Assembly: GCA_951406725.2 (NCBI GenBank)
Contig: OX597817.1
Span: 131,068,001 to 131,132,000 of the forward strand
Length of the DNA: 64,000 nt
Direction of reading: 5' to 3'
DNA from: Octopus vulgaris
Taxonomy: Eukaryota
Shown: positions 44,562 to 58,703 of the stretch, in pieces
How the letters are laid out: every line of letters begins with the position of its first letter
How positions within the stretch are numbered: the first letter of the stretch is position 1
The notes under the pieces: model-generated
The model's input: the letters and a program-made list of their open reading frames with translations, nothing else
The model's database searches: none
What the model was told of the DNA's origin: nothing
Program-made: the position numbers and the translations under genes

Positions 44562-45129
44562 GTAAGGAATTGCGTCCACCTCCACCCTCTTATTACTCCT
44601 TTTCTTCTTCCACCATTCGTACTCCTCTTCTCCTCCTTCTCCCCCATCATTCCCCGCTTTGCGTTTTTCTCATTGAGGAATTCACTAGCCATTTTGTCAG
44701 CGCCAGACTGGAGTAGGCTTGCTCAAGATGTCATAAAGTGGGACTGAACCCGGATCTTTGTGATTCGGAAGAAAGCTTCTTACACCACAGCCACACACAC
44801 TTACACACACACACGCATGCACACGCACACACACGCATGCACACACATATTTAGCCAAAACATTGAGAAACCAATAGTCCTGTGTAGAACTCAATATATG
44901 CTTGTTTCAGAATGAAGTTTTGTCTGAGTATAGCGAGGTCATATGAAAGAGAGATGCCAAAGGAATAAGTGATTTTCTGATGTTTCTGCCATAAGGGGCA
45001 GAGGACTCATAGTTGAGTGCCTGAATAACACCTTTTAGCTTCGTTCGAACATCCCTCAAGTACAAAGTGGTATTTACTTGTGAAAGAATTTATTTTGTAC
45101 CTGTATAGGGCATGGCATCAACAGTATTC

Positions 45130-45203
<74 letters not shown>

Positions 45204-45661
45204 AGCACACATTTGTCTTTTTATAAGCGCTGAAATGTGTATAACGATTCATATAAGATGATAATTTATTTTCGAACCCAGAGATGCCGTTAAAAGAGCA
45301 GAAACATCGGGTAAATTACCCTTAAAAAGCGGAAAAATTTGTCAACAGCGATGTGAAACGGCGTCTGAGTATTCGACAGTTAATTATCTGATTTGTACCT
45401 ACTCCCAAATTTCGGCACTCATTAAAAAACAAATGATAATTTGATTATATTTATAGACACGTAGTTGCACATTTAGATTTTAACATGTCTAAAAGAGGAT
45501 TGGTTTGTCAGCGGACAGTTTTGCTTAATGTTAAAGAATTTGGCCGGAGTTTTCAAGAGATGTGTGTTCATGTCCGATGGTTCTTTGTTGGCAAGTTTTT
45601 CCGCTCTCTAATGGCTATTTACCCAATGTCTTTTCGTTTGAAAATAAATTATCATGTTATT

Positions 45662-45812
<151 letters not shown>

Positions 45813-45820
45813 CGTGTGTG

Positions 45821-45871
<51 letters not shown>

Positions 45872-45872
45872 T

Positions 45873-46122
45873 AAACAATTGCAGCGTGGAAGGTGTTTAT
45901 AAGCCATTTAAGAAACACACAAAAGCCGTTCGATTCACTTCAACATTTAAGTTTAATTTGTCAAAATATTTTGACAAATTAAACTTAAATGTTGAAGTGA
46001 ATCGAACGGCTTTTGTGTGTTTCTTAAATGGCTTATAAACACCTTCCACGCTGCAATTGTTTTCGTTTCAGCACACGATCTCAGATCAAATTACTTGCTA
46101 TGTGAGTACATCTCCGTAATAT
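45873..46122 (+). mobile_element. Loopless perfect palindrome of about 190 bp plus tail
   Basis: Arms meet at the centre of aaaatatttt (45963-45972); tail 46062-46122; (TA)n on the left. Confidence 0.9.
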
Positions 46123-46127
46123 ATGTA

Positions 46128-46408
46128 TATTATATGTAGAAAAATACAAACTGGGACAAGAACGTAAAACATTTAGAAGACGATACAAAAAACATGGACG
46201 GGACATCCGAAGCCTTCAATCTTCAGTCTAGATTAATCAGCCGAAATTGCTAGGATGATCCGGTTTTTGACTGAAGATTGAAGGCTTCGAATGTCCCGTC
46301 CGTGTTTTTTGTATCGTCTTCTAAATGTTTTACGTTCTTGTCCCAGTTTGTATTTTTCTACATATAATATATATAGCGGCGTCCGTACCCTCTTTGGCCT
46401 TATGTAAG
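46128..46408 (+). mobile_element. Fold-back element abutting the truncated Tc1 transposase
   Basis: 46128-46228 is the reverse complement of 46269-46370; tail gcggcgtccgtaccctctttggccttatg. Confidence 0.85.
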
Positions 46409-47448
46409 TTGAATTTCTCAGCACAGGCAAGACATGATCTTTTACAAGTTGTTTATAAATTCCTGCATTTACCTTTCCATGTAATCGCAGCAAAGGGCCC
46501 ACAACATCTCCAGATATCATCCCCCAAACCATGACACTTCCTCCACCGAATTTAACACTAGTCTTAAGGCATTTAGGTGACAATTTTTCACCTGCTTTTC
46601 GACGAACGTACTTTTTCCCATCTGAGCCAAATAACATAGACTTAGATTCATCACTGAAATGCACCGTTTGCCATTTTTCTTGAGACCACAACACATATTC
46701 GGTTGCAAAGGTAAGACGACACTTTTTATTCTTGGAGCTGACCAGTGGCTTCACTGCAGGTGCTCTTGCTTGTAGGTCATGTTCAACTAAAGGACGAGAC
46801 ACAGTTTTTCGAGATAAAGTTTTCTTCAGTACAATGCTCATTTCCCGAAAAACAGCAGCAGCAGTTTTAAATCTGTCCTTTTTAACCAACTTTACCATAG
46901 CACGACCTTCTCTCTTGGTCGTTTTTTTTTGGCCTACCTGTAGACTTTCTTGCTTCACACGAACCACAATCATCGTAGACCTTAAGAATACCGTGAACAA
47001 CACTTTTTGACTTGTTAACAATCTTTGCAATAGACCTAATACTTAAATTATCCTTCTTTCGAAGCTTAATAATCTGCTGCCGAATTGGTAACAGAGTAAG
47101 TGGCATTATATTAACAAAGTACACTGCAGATATTCTTACTAATGTTTAGTAAATGAACTGTCACGTAAACAAATTCCAAAAATTAGAGTTCGACGGTTAA
47201 ATATACTAAAATATGGAATAAAAGCAACCGTTCTGATCATTTTGGCCGCCAAGGGTTTTGCAGTAAATCACTAAATCATCCATAACTTTTTTATTATCCT
47301 CTCAAATTACACCAAAATCTCAGACAATAACAAATGATATTGTATTTATTGTCTGTGAAAATTATAGAATACAAAACAACTTTGATAAAAACGTATATCT
47401 ACTTTTCTGACGAAAACAATGCCGTTCGGAACATTTTGACCGGAACTG
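46409..47448 (-). mobile_element. Tc1-like DNA transposon (IR/DR type), one end plus truncated transposase
   Basis: TA|CAGTTCCGGTCAAAATGTTCCGAACGG terminus; inner direct repeat 47227-47248; GRPKK, WQTVHFSDES, VKFGGGSVMVWG; frameshift near 47030; second D and E missing. Confidence 0.92.
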
Positions 47449-49853
<2,405 letters not shown>

Positions 49854-50032
49854 CTGATGCTGGTGTGTTTACGTCCCTGTAACTTAGCGGTTCGGCAAAA
49901 GAGACCGATAAAATAAGTACTGGGCTTATAAAAGAATAAGTCCCGGGGTCGATTTGCTCGACTAAAGGCGGTGCTCCAGCATGGCCGCAGTCAACTGACT
50001 GAAACAAGTAAAAGAGTAAAAGAGAGTAAAGA
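49854..50032 (+). mobile_element. SINE 3' half fused directly to the truncated LINE
   Basis: gtaacttagcggttcggcaaaagagaccgat...ggcggtgctccagcatggccgcagtc...gaaacaagtaaaagag. Confidence 0.85.
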
Positions 50033-50034
50033 GT

Positions 50035-50400
<366 letters not shown>

Positions 50401-50487
50401 AACTTAGAATAACTTAGAAAGGTTTTTGGCCAGTATTGGCCCAGGCCATGTCTAACTTAATAGCACCACCTGGCGAAGTCTTTCAGT

Positions 50488-53400
50488 TCAGGATTTGGGC
50501 ACCAAGGCCCATTCGAGCAGAGAGTTATTGTTTGCGGAGACATATCCGGGTGTGGATGGTTTGTCCGGTACTGTTTGAAGGAATTTGTCCAAAGACTTCT
50601 TGAATTTTGTGTGGTCAGTTTCTTTTTTGACGTGTCCTGGTGTAATGTTGAAGAGAGCGGGTCCAATTGAGGTGAAATAGTTGTGCCGTATTGTCGTTAT
50701 GTGATGCGATTTAGATTTTTGTTGTGGACGGATGGCACGTGGTCCAAGCCTTGGATGCATTTTGAAGGTGATGCCAACATCATTCGGACAGTGCTGATGG
50801 AATATTTTCCACATCATACAGATAATGTAGCGTTCACGGCGTCGTTGGAGTGAATACAATTTCAGCTTCTCTAGTCTACCCCAGTAGTCAAGGTCTGACA
50901 TGCCATCTATCTTTTTTGTGATTGACATTTGGGGAGCTTCAATTCTCATAATATTTTGTTTTGTGTAGGGAGACCACAGTGGACAGCAGTATTCAAGGTG
51001 GGGTCGGGCAAAAGTGGAGAAGAGAAGGATAATAGCGTGGGAATCTCTCGACTGGAAGGTTCTGAGAATCCAGGAACACATTCTGCGGGCCATGTCAACT
51101 TTGCTGCTTATATGTGTAGCCCAGCTTATGTTGTTGTCCACTGTTACTCCCAGGTCTCTGATGTTGTTGGATGCCATGAGAATTTCTCCAGAAGGAAGAG
51201 AGTATGGGAGTTTCAGAGCGTCCTCCCTTCCAAAGTGGATCAGTTCGAATTTGTCTTCATTTAGCAACATGTTATTCTTTTCCGCCCATTGGACAACAGC
51301 CAGTACGTCTGACTGAAGGTTTATTCGGTCATCCACGCCATTGATGACCTTCTGGAGCTTGGAATCATCAGCGAAGGTTCTGATGTTGCTGTGTTTGATG
51401 GTGTCAGTAATATCATTTATGTAGATGATGAAGAGAAGTGGGCCCAACACAGTACCTTGTGGGACACCACTGCTGACTTTGGCTGGGCTGGATTTGACTC
51501 CTTCGACTACAACATGTTGGGTTCTGTTAGAGAGGAAACACTTGATCCATTGCAGCAGCTTTCCAGTGACACCAATATTGGACAGCTTTCTCAGAAGGAT
51601 CTTATGATCAACCCTGTCAAAGGCCTTGCTGAAATCAAGGTAGATGACATCAGTGTTGGAACCCTCTCCCAAGGCTCTCAAAATGTCATCAAAATGATGC
51701 AGTAGCTGCGTCAGGCAATCTCTCCCATTACGGAATCCATGCTGGTTGGGGTTCAGCATATTATGACTCTCAAGGAAGTGTGTCATACGCGATCTCAGCA
51801 CCCTCTCAAATACCTTGATGATATGAGAGGTGAGTGAGATTGGACGGTAATTCACGGCAAGCGATTTGTTTCCTTTTTTGAAAACTGGGACAACAGACTG
51901 GGATAGAAGGTCTTCTGGTATATATCCAGCATCCAATGAGTTCCGCCACAGATTGGCTAGAGGGGGTGCAAGTTGGTTTTGACACATCTTCAAGACACAA
52001 GCAGGGAACCTATCGGGACCTACTGCTGAATTATGCTTCATTTCCTTTATTGCTGCTAAGACATCAGGAGCGCCAAATGTTATGTCCGATAAAGTGTATT
52101 GGGGAGTAACATCACTGATACAGCCCAGATCAGTCATATCAGGATTGCTGAAAACAGAGCAATATTGTTTCTGCAATATTTCTCCCATGGTTTTGGCATT
52201 GTCTTGAAGAATACCATTTTCATCAATCAGAGGGCCAACAGTAGAACCAGTGACTCTGTGTTTTTTTGCAAATGAAAAGAACACTTTGGGATTGAGTTTG
52301 ATCTTCTCAATGGCCCAGACCTCTTCAGCTCTTCGCTGACTATTGATGATAGACATCATGTTGTTTTGGAGTTTATGTTTTTTAATCTCTAGCGACGAGA
52401 TGGCAGTCAGGTTGGTGTGTTGCTGTTGACAGTATTTCAGCATGTTGATCTTTTTGTTGATTCTTTTAATTTTCCTTATGAGAGATTTTCTATTTCTAGG
52501 GATTCGACACTTAGATTTGTTTGCAGATCTTAATGGGGTGTGTCTTGCACATATGTTCGTGATGGTGTCTACAAGTGACTGCCAGGACTTTTTGATGTTA
52601 GTGGGTGTGTATGTGTGCGTGAAGGACCAATCGACTTGTGCAAGATCATTATTGATCGCTTCCCAGTTTGCATTGTGGAAATCCATAGTGTCAAATGGAT
52701 GAACAGGAGGGATGACATTTGTTTTGCATTTTGGCCAGTGAAATCTCAGATCACAGAGAACCATGTCATGGTCGGAGAGTAGGGTTTTCTCCACTGCAAT
52801 ATTGTGGATAGTATCAGTGTGATTGCTGAAAATTAAGTCTAAGACGTTTTTGTGACATCTCGTTGGTTCGAGTACCAGTTGGGACAAGAAGAAGTCATCC
52901 ATGAAGTCAAGAAGCGATTCCACTGCCTCCCTGTCAGGGGTTGAGAGAGAAGAACCTGGCGGCAGACTGTTTGTAGACCAGTCAACCCCGGGAAGGTTGA
53001 AATCTCCCATCATTAAAATGTTGTCAGGTTGACACTGCTGAATGAAACACTTTATGCTGTTGAGGCATTCCTTGAAGCATGGTAGGGGCGTTTGGGGTGG
53101 TCTGTAGAGCCCAACTACTGTTAAGTTGTTGGTTTGACTGAATACAGCGACTGCTTCGCAGTATCCATTCGAAAATATGTTCATGGCTTCTGTTGAGAAT
53201 GAATCATGGACATAAATGGCAGTCCCACCCTTTCTTCTGCCAACACGATCAGCACGAATGGTTTTGAAATTTTTAACTTTCACCTCGGCTTCCAAGTGGA
53301 GGTCACTAAGATGGGTTTCAGTGAGGACGAAGAAAGGGATGTGGTTTGGATGGGCCTCGACCCAGTCCTCCAGGAATCTTATCTTCCATTTTTGTGTATT

Positions 53401-53505
53401 GGTGGAAGGGCTGATGCCTTGGGCATTAAGCAGAAATGTTGAGGCGAGAGTGGATGGTTTTAATTGTTTTGGTGATTTGTTTATTTGATTGCTTTTTAAT
53501 GGCAT
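50488..53505 (-). CDS. LINE ORF2: APE endonuclease plus reverse transcriptase (1005 aa)
   Basis: LNAQG, LTETHL, GDFN, LDL, SDH; NYRPISL, QHGFR, YLDFSKAFD, GVPQGTVLGP, FADD; no stops. Confidence 0.96.
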   Translation of the reverse strand: MPLKSNQINKSPKQLKPSTLASTFLLNAQGISPSTNTQKWKIRFLEDWVEAHPNHIPFFVLTETHLSDLHLEAEVKVKNFKTIRADRVGRRKGGTAIYVHDSFSTEAMNIFSNGYCEAVAVFSQTNNLTVVGLYRPPQTPLPCFKECLNSIKCFIQQCQPDNILMMGDFNLPGVDWSTNSLPPGSSLSTPDREAVESLLDFMDDFFLSQLVLEPTRCHKNVLDLIFSNHTDTIHNIAVEKTLLSDHDMVLCDLRFHWPKCKTNVIPPVHPFDTMDFHNANWEAINNDLAQVDWSFTHTYTPTNIKKSWQSLVDTITNICARHTPLRSANKSKCRIPRNRKSLIRKIKRINKKINMLKYCQQQHTNLTAISSLEIKKHKLQNNMMSIINSQRRAEEVWAIEKIKLNPKVFFSFAKKHRVTGSTVGPLIDENGILQDNAKTMGEILQKQYCSVFSNPDMTDLGCISDVTPQYTLSDITFGAPDVLAAIKEMKHNSAVGPDRFPACVLKMCQNQLAPPLANLWRNSLDAGYIPEDLLSQSVVPVFKKGNKSLAVNYRPISLTSHIIKVFERVLRSRMTHFLESHNMLNPNQHGFRNGRDCLTQLLHHFDDILRALGEGSNTDVIYLDFSKAFDRVDHKILLRKLSNIGVTGKLLQWIKCFLSNRTQHVVVEGVKSSPAKVSSGVPQGTVLGPLLFIIYINDITDTIKHSNIRTFADDSKLQKVINGVDDRINLQSDVLAVVQWAEKNNMLLNEDKFELIHFGREDALKLPYSLPSGEILMASNNIRDLGVTVDNNISWATHISSKVDMARRMCSWILRTFQSRDSHAIILLFSTFARPHLEYCCPLWSPYTKQNIMRIEAPQMSITKKIDGMSDLDYWGRLEKLKLYSLQRRRERYIICMMWKIFHQHCPNDVGITFKMHPRLGPRAIRPQQKSKSHHITTIRHNYFTSIGPALFNITPGHVKKETDHTKFKKSLDKFLQTVPDKPSTPGYVSANNNSLLEWALVPKS

Positions 53506-54722
53506 GTGTAGTGGGGTAATAGTGGTGGATGGCGGTGGGTGATAGCTCGGATGTTTTTTTCCAGTTCTTTTGCTAGATTCATTATAGCTAAAAAAGAGGA
53601 AGAAGAGGTGGTTTCCTGTCTAGGGAACCGCAGGTGACTGTGGCCGCGGCTATTTTTATGTGAGTGGTTATCTTTAAATGTCCGACGAGTCCCCGGGAGA
53701 TGGGTAAAGGGGCAATCCCTGTGCAAACACAATCTGTCTCGCTGGGAATAGCGGCAGATTTGGGGATTCCTTGTTTGAGATATTGGTGGTTGTGGTGATG
53801 TTGTATTATGGTGGTTGCTGTTGTAGTTTGTGGGGATAGAGCGTTTTGTTCCAGGTAAATGGGTGAATTTGCAGTCTCTATCAGTGCACAGTCTATGGCG
53901 AAGAGAATATCGGCAAATGATGGGGTTTCGAGTGGGTGTGTAGGTGCGTGTGTGTGTGTGAGCTGTGAAAGGTGTAGATGATAGTTTGTTGAAGTTTTGG
54001 CGACCTTTGTGACCTGTAGGAGGTAAATTCCTTGAGATGGCATTAGTAGTAGTAGCTGTAGTAGTAGTAGTAGTAGGTAGAAGAGATGTTGACAGTGGTA
54101 ATGATTGAGGAGGTCGATTCCAAGACAAAGATGTTTGTCGATATATAGTGGGAGTAGTACTAGTAGTAGTAAGCAGAGGAGATGGTGTTGACAATGATGA
54201 TGATTGAGCTGCTGGGGCAGTGAAAGGAAGGGGTGGTGCTTCCTGCTGTGTGACCCTGATGACTGGGGGGTCAATCGTTTCATTTAGCAAATCGGCCATT
54301 GTAGATGAATCAAGGAGTGGTTCATCCTGTTGTTGTTGTTGAGGTTGTTGTTGTTGCCTCTGAGGTTGTTGCTGCTGAAGTTGTTGTTGTTGCTGTAGCT
54401 GTTGTTGTTGTTGTTGCCGCTGAGTTTGTTGTTGTTGAGGTTGTTGTTGTTGTTGTTGCGCCGGTGATGCGTTCGAAGAGAAAACACATCTCAGTTTATC
54501 GAAGTGTTTATTTATTAATTTAAAAGCAACTTCGATTTGTTTTAATCTATTTTGGATCTGCTGTTCAGATCGAGTTTGCAAATGGTGAACTGTTCGTTTA
54601 GCAATTTCGTTCAGACACGAAGCACCTATGCTCTCTGTTTCGGTAAGGCCATGCCATGTGTTGATAAGAACGTCGACTTCATTATCAGACCAGTTTTTGT
54701 TGGATTTTTGGTGGCTAGCCAT
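53496..54722 (-). CDS. LINE ORF1: Myb/SANT-like N-terminus, polyQ, two CCCH fingers (408 aa)
   Basis: KNWSDNEVDVLINTW...RSEQQIQNRLKQI; CRYSLRHRLCTDRDCKFTH and CRYSQRDRLCLHRDCPFTH. Confidence 0.85.
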   Translation of the reverse strand: MASHQKSNKNWSDNEVDVLINTWHGLTETESIGASCLNEIAKRTVHHLQTRSEQQIQNRLKQIEVAFKLINKHFDKLRCVFSSNASPAQQQQQQPQQQQTQRQQQQQQLQQQQQLQQQQPQRQQQQPQQQQQDEPLLDSSTMADLLNETIDPPVIRVTQQEAPPLPFTAPAAQSSSLSTPSPLLTTTSTTPTIYRQTSLSWNRPPQSLPLSTSLLPTTTTTTATTTNAISRNLPPTGHKGRQNFNKLSSTPFTAHTHTRTYTPTRNPIICRYSLRHRLCTDRDCKFTHLPGTKRSIPTNYNSNHHNTTSPQPPISQTRNPQICRYSQRDRLCLHRDCPFTHLPGTRRTFKDNHSHKNSRGHSHLRFPRQETTSSSSFLAIMNLAKELEKNIRAITHRHPPLLPHYTCH

Positions 54723-55139
54723 TCTGGTTGATATGTTTTATTAAATTTTATTTTGTTCGTTCGTTTTGTTGATTACTTTTAATTATTATTATTATTTTTT
54801 TTTTTTTAAGGAGAAGTATGTAGAATTGATTGTACAGAATGTTTGTTGTAATACTGAGAAGTTTGTATTTGAATTATGAGCTTGTAGTTATTTTATCTTT
54901 CTTTTCTTTTTTTTTCCCTCTTTTTCTAATTTTTAATGTGTGGGTGATCCTTTAGTTATCAGAAGGTGTTTGAAAATATTTGGTCGTTTGAAAATTATGA
55001 AAATAGTTTGTGGTTAAGGAAAAGTCTACTCACGAGTTGGGAAAAAGCGTGGTTTCAAATATACATATATGTATATATATACACACACACACAAACACAC
55101 ACATACATACATACATACATATATATATATACATATACG

Positions 55140-55199
<60 letters not shown>

Positions 55200-55249
55200 C
55201 ACACACACAAACACACATACATACATACATACATACATACATACATACA

Positions 55250-55342
<93 letters not shown>

Positions 55343-55811
55343 AACTATGGTTGCAGAACAAACAAGTACTAGGTCATCCACGTAACATTTCATATCTCGA
55401 ACATTTAATCACATAATGCTTTTTCTTTCACATAGAATATACATGTATAACATCACGGAAGATGAAACATAACTCATCAGTACAAGCATATAAGAAAATG
55501 CAAGAAAAAAGTGTGAATACAGTTCATCACTGTTAAAAGTTAATACTTTAGCGATTAAGAAATATATATTTTTTAAAAACATTACAACACCTAGAATAAT
55601 AAATACGTAAAAATATAAAGTAATATATAAATATATAGATATATAAAAAATATATTTAAAAATACATATATATATGAAGCATACAAATAAGTAATATATA
55701 ATATATAAGGTAAGATATAAGTTCATCGTTTAGCAATTATTTTCATTAAAAATAACTTTTCAGATAGTTAAAAGACAATGTTGAAGCAAAAAAGAAGAAA
55801 CCATATTTACA

Positions 55812-55895
55812 TTCCCTATGGCCATTTCAGGGGTACATCACTGTATTTAATGCACGAGGGTGCATATCACAATGATTACTCCTTCGTCAGGGGAA
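55812..55895 (-). ncRNA. Type-I hammerhead ribozyme
   Basis: Minus strand ttccc-CTGACGA-aggagta...long stem II...tacccct-GAAAT-GGCC-ATA-gggaa; stem III palindrome ATGGCCAT, AUA triplet. Confidence 0.85.
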
Positions 55896-55962
55896 AAAAT
55901 AGAGAGACAGACATCACGTACCAGAGCGAGACCTCCTTAACCAGACCTAACATAATATTGCG

Positions 55963-56262
55963 TGGTTTCTTATTTAAGAAGTCATGCTTAGACCAGCCCA
56001 AATGAAAGAACTAAAGCAGTAAAAAATTGAAACCATCGAGGTTGAATTTAATTTAATACACCCATTAATGTTGTTTTTTAAATTAAAAAAAAATTTTAAC
56101 TGTTTTTTTAACGTTTTTTTAAAACTTTTTTTTTACTGCTTTAATTCTTTCATGCTTATTTAAGCATGACTTCTTAAATAAGAAACCATTTAATTGAGCA
56201 CTTCTATAGCAGTCCTATTAAACATTTTGTTCCTGATAAGAAACAATCACTGTATTATTGAT
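55963..56262 (+). mobile_element. Diverged fold-back element with tail
   Basis: ggtttcttatttaagaagtcatgctta...atgaaagaactaaagcagtaaaaaa mirrored at 56128-56188. Confidence 0.7.
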
Positions 56263-56286
56263 ATATATATATGTATATATATATAT

Positions 56287-56629
56287 AATAATAAATATTA
56301 GGGAATAAATCCAAATTTACAAGGAAAAATCAGATTTAAGATTGAATCCAATTTTATAATAAAATATTATATTATAATAAATTAGAGACAAAACCACTAT
56401 TATGCAAATCAAACAAAGAAAGACTTAAGCCAATACATAAAATATAAAATAATTTATATAAATTAAAATTTAACAAATGAATAACCACTACGATCGTTTC
56501 GTGTCAGCACATCTTAGACATTCTTCAGGTGGTTTATAAACCTTCTTAGCGAGTTATAAACTTATATTTTATGTATTGGCTTAAGTCTTTCTTTGTTTGA
56601 TTTGCATAATAGTGGTTTTGTGTCTAATT

Positions 56630-56634
<5 letters not shown>
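56287..56634 (-). mobile_element. Fold-back PLE pseudo-LTR element, family A, copy 3 (subfamily)
   Basis: Same tail and arm as 605-921; inverted arm 56565-56634 ends at the same position. Confidence 0.82.
56483..56534 (-). ncRNA. Compact type-I hammerhead ribozyme
   Basis: aaccac-CTGAAGA-a-tgtc-taagatgtgct-gaca-c-GAAAC-GATC-GTA-gtggtt; perfect 6-bp stem I. Confidence 0.9.
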
Positions 56635-56664
<30 letters not shown>

Positions 56665-56669
56665 CATAC

Positions 56670-57060
56670 TCGCATGGTTGTCTGGTAAGAAGCTTGATTC
56701 CAAACCACATGGTTCCGAGTTCATTCTCATTGCATGACACGTTAGGCAAATGTTTTCTAATAAAGTCTCGGAATGACCAAATCTTTGTGAGTGGATTCAG
56801 TTGGCAGAAACTGAAAGAAGCCCGTCGTACATATATATATGTGTGTGCGTGTGATTGTCCCCCATCATCACTTGGCCACTGTTGTAGATTTGTTTAGGCC
56901 TCCGTAAACTTAGCTGTCCGGCATAAGAAAACGATTCAATAAGTACCTTACAAATCAGATAATTATTGGTGCCGATTATTTCGATTACAAATGCCCCAGG
57001 CAGTGCCCCAGCATGGTCACAGTCTTATGACTGAAACAAGTAAATCGAAAGAAATGAAAA
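56670..57060 (+). mobile_element. Full-length tRNA-derived SINE
   Basis: catggttgtctggtaagaagc...gagttcattc head, central domain, ggcagtgccccagcatggtcacagtc...gaaacaagta tail. Confidence 0.8.
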
Positions 57061-57134
57061 GAAATACGAAATTATGTTTAAAGTTTATTAACCCTTTAAA
57101 CAATTAATAATAGTGTTCGTAACATATTTTACAG

Positions 57135-57232
57135 TGAGACCGAAAATTGAAATCAAAAACATCGGCACCGAACACATAGTAATGGCCAAATGTTCGTATC
57201 CTCGGACAAGAATCAAATGTTACTATGGACAG
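57135..57232 (+). CDS. Exon encoding the first half of a second (C-type) Ig-like domain
   Basis: atattttacag acceptor, CAG|gtaagt donor, phase 1-0: VRPKIEIKNIGTEHIVMAKCSYPRTRIKCYYGQ; in frame with 44561. Confidence 0.75.
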
Positions 57233-57634
57233 GTAAGTCAACTGAATATTGTGTCTTTGAACCCATCTGGCGGATGATAGATTTTTGGGTCACAACTTTT
57301 CAAATTTTGAAATTTAGTGAAAAATTTCACAATTAGAAAAAGTTTAGAAAGGTTTAAAGTGATTATTTTTAACCAATCAGGAAACAGAAGCTGGAAGCCA
57401 GTATTTTCTGCTGGATAGCTGTGTGTGATAACATCTTAAGTGTGTGCCTGTGTGTGCTGAGAGAGGGTTAAAAAGCGATTTAAGTTAACAGATAAATCAA
57501 TCGGTTTTAATGTGAAAAATATATATACAGATAAACATACAAACAGAGAAAGCTGACTTAAAGGTTGCAGATGATATGCCATCAAGTATAAGTGAGCTAC
57601 TAGATGTAGGAGGAAAGAGTAAGGGTAAGTTGTG

Positions 57635-57792
57635 GCGAAACATTCAGCAGAAGTTCGCAGTTACCTTCTGCTGCAGTCGCGTGGAACTTAGGTTTTTTCA
57701 CTCATAAACACTCTCATCGCCCGGGCTGAGATTCGAACCGGCAATCCATCGACGCGAGTCCGCTGCTCTAACCGCTTGGCTATCCTCCACAA
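57635..57792 (-). mobile_element. tRNA-derived SINE of a second family
   Basis: A-box TAGCCAAGCGG and B-box GGTTCGAATC followed by a non-tRNA body (gtgtttatgagtgaaaaacctaag). Confidence 0.75.
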
Positions 57793-57797
57793 TTGTC

Positions 57798-57849
<52 letters not shown>

Positions 57850-57850
57850 T

Positions 57851-57917
<67 letters not shown>

Positions 57918-57919
<2 letters not shown>

Positions 57920-58703
57920 GGCAAGACTGCTAGGTAGTCGGCCGTATGCTAGAAATAGATCATCAACGATCAAACTACAAAGAAAGTTCTCTAGAGGAGA
58001 TCGTTGATGATCTATTTCTAGCATACGGCCGACTACCTAGCAGTCTTGCCCTGCCAATATACACATATATTAGAATTTTCTCTGATTTCTCAGATTTTTA
58101 TGCTAGACTACTGGTTTTAAATTGATATTAAAATTAATATTAATTCATCTCCCTCATTATTTAAATATTGAAATAAATACGTTCTCTAGTAGCAAGCACT
58201 AACCGCAGTGAATTATTTACTGCAGTTCTTCGCTTCAGGAATTTTTTAGCGCGCCGGAACTAAGACATTTGAAATTTTATCCCTAATGTAATCGGTAAAA
58301 CTAAGCACGTGTCTGTCTTGGCACAGAAAGCTGGGGTTAGTTTTTCAGGTTGCATTTACACTGAACGATTGTACTGATGAGGCTACGGACATTTGAATTA
58401 TGTAAGTAATTCTTTTGTTAAAGGCCGAAACCGAGGTATGCAATTAATTCTGTTTTTATATAAATTTTCATCTGTCCTGCCCGCCAAATTTGGTTCTGGT
58501 GTTCGCTGAATTTTTCCTCTAGAGAACTTTCTTTGTAGTTTGATCGTTGATGACCTATTTCTAGCATACGGCCGACTACCTAGCAGTCTTGCCCTGCCAA
58601 TATACACATATATTAGAATTTTCTCTGATTTCTCAGATTTTTTGTATGCTAGACTACTGGTTTTAAATTGATATTAAAATTAATATTAATTTATCTCCCT
58701 CAT

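Larger units (their letters stand above)
50401..55055 (-). mobile_element. Apparently full-length intact CR1/L2-group LINE in (TA)n
   Basis: 5' UTR, two uninterrupted ORFs overlapping by 10 nt, short 3' UTR, tail of ttctaagtta repeats; (TA)n on both flanks. Confidence 0.93.

Noticed and set aside
46233-47030. 265-aa ORF as a novel transposase fusion
   Set aside because: The C-terminus is read-through from the truncated Tc1 into the non-coding fold-back
57715-57792. tRNA gene
   Set aside because: A and B boxes are present but there is no acceptor stem and it runs into a SINE body
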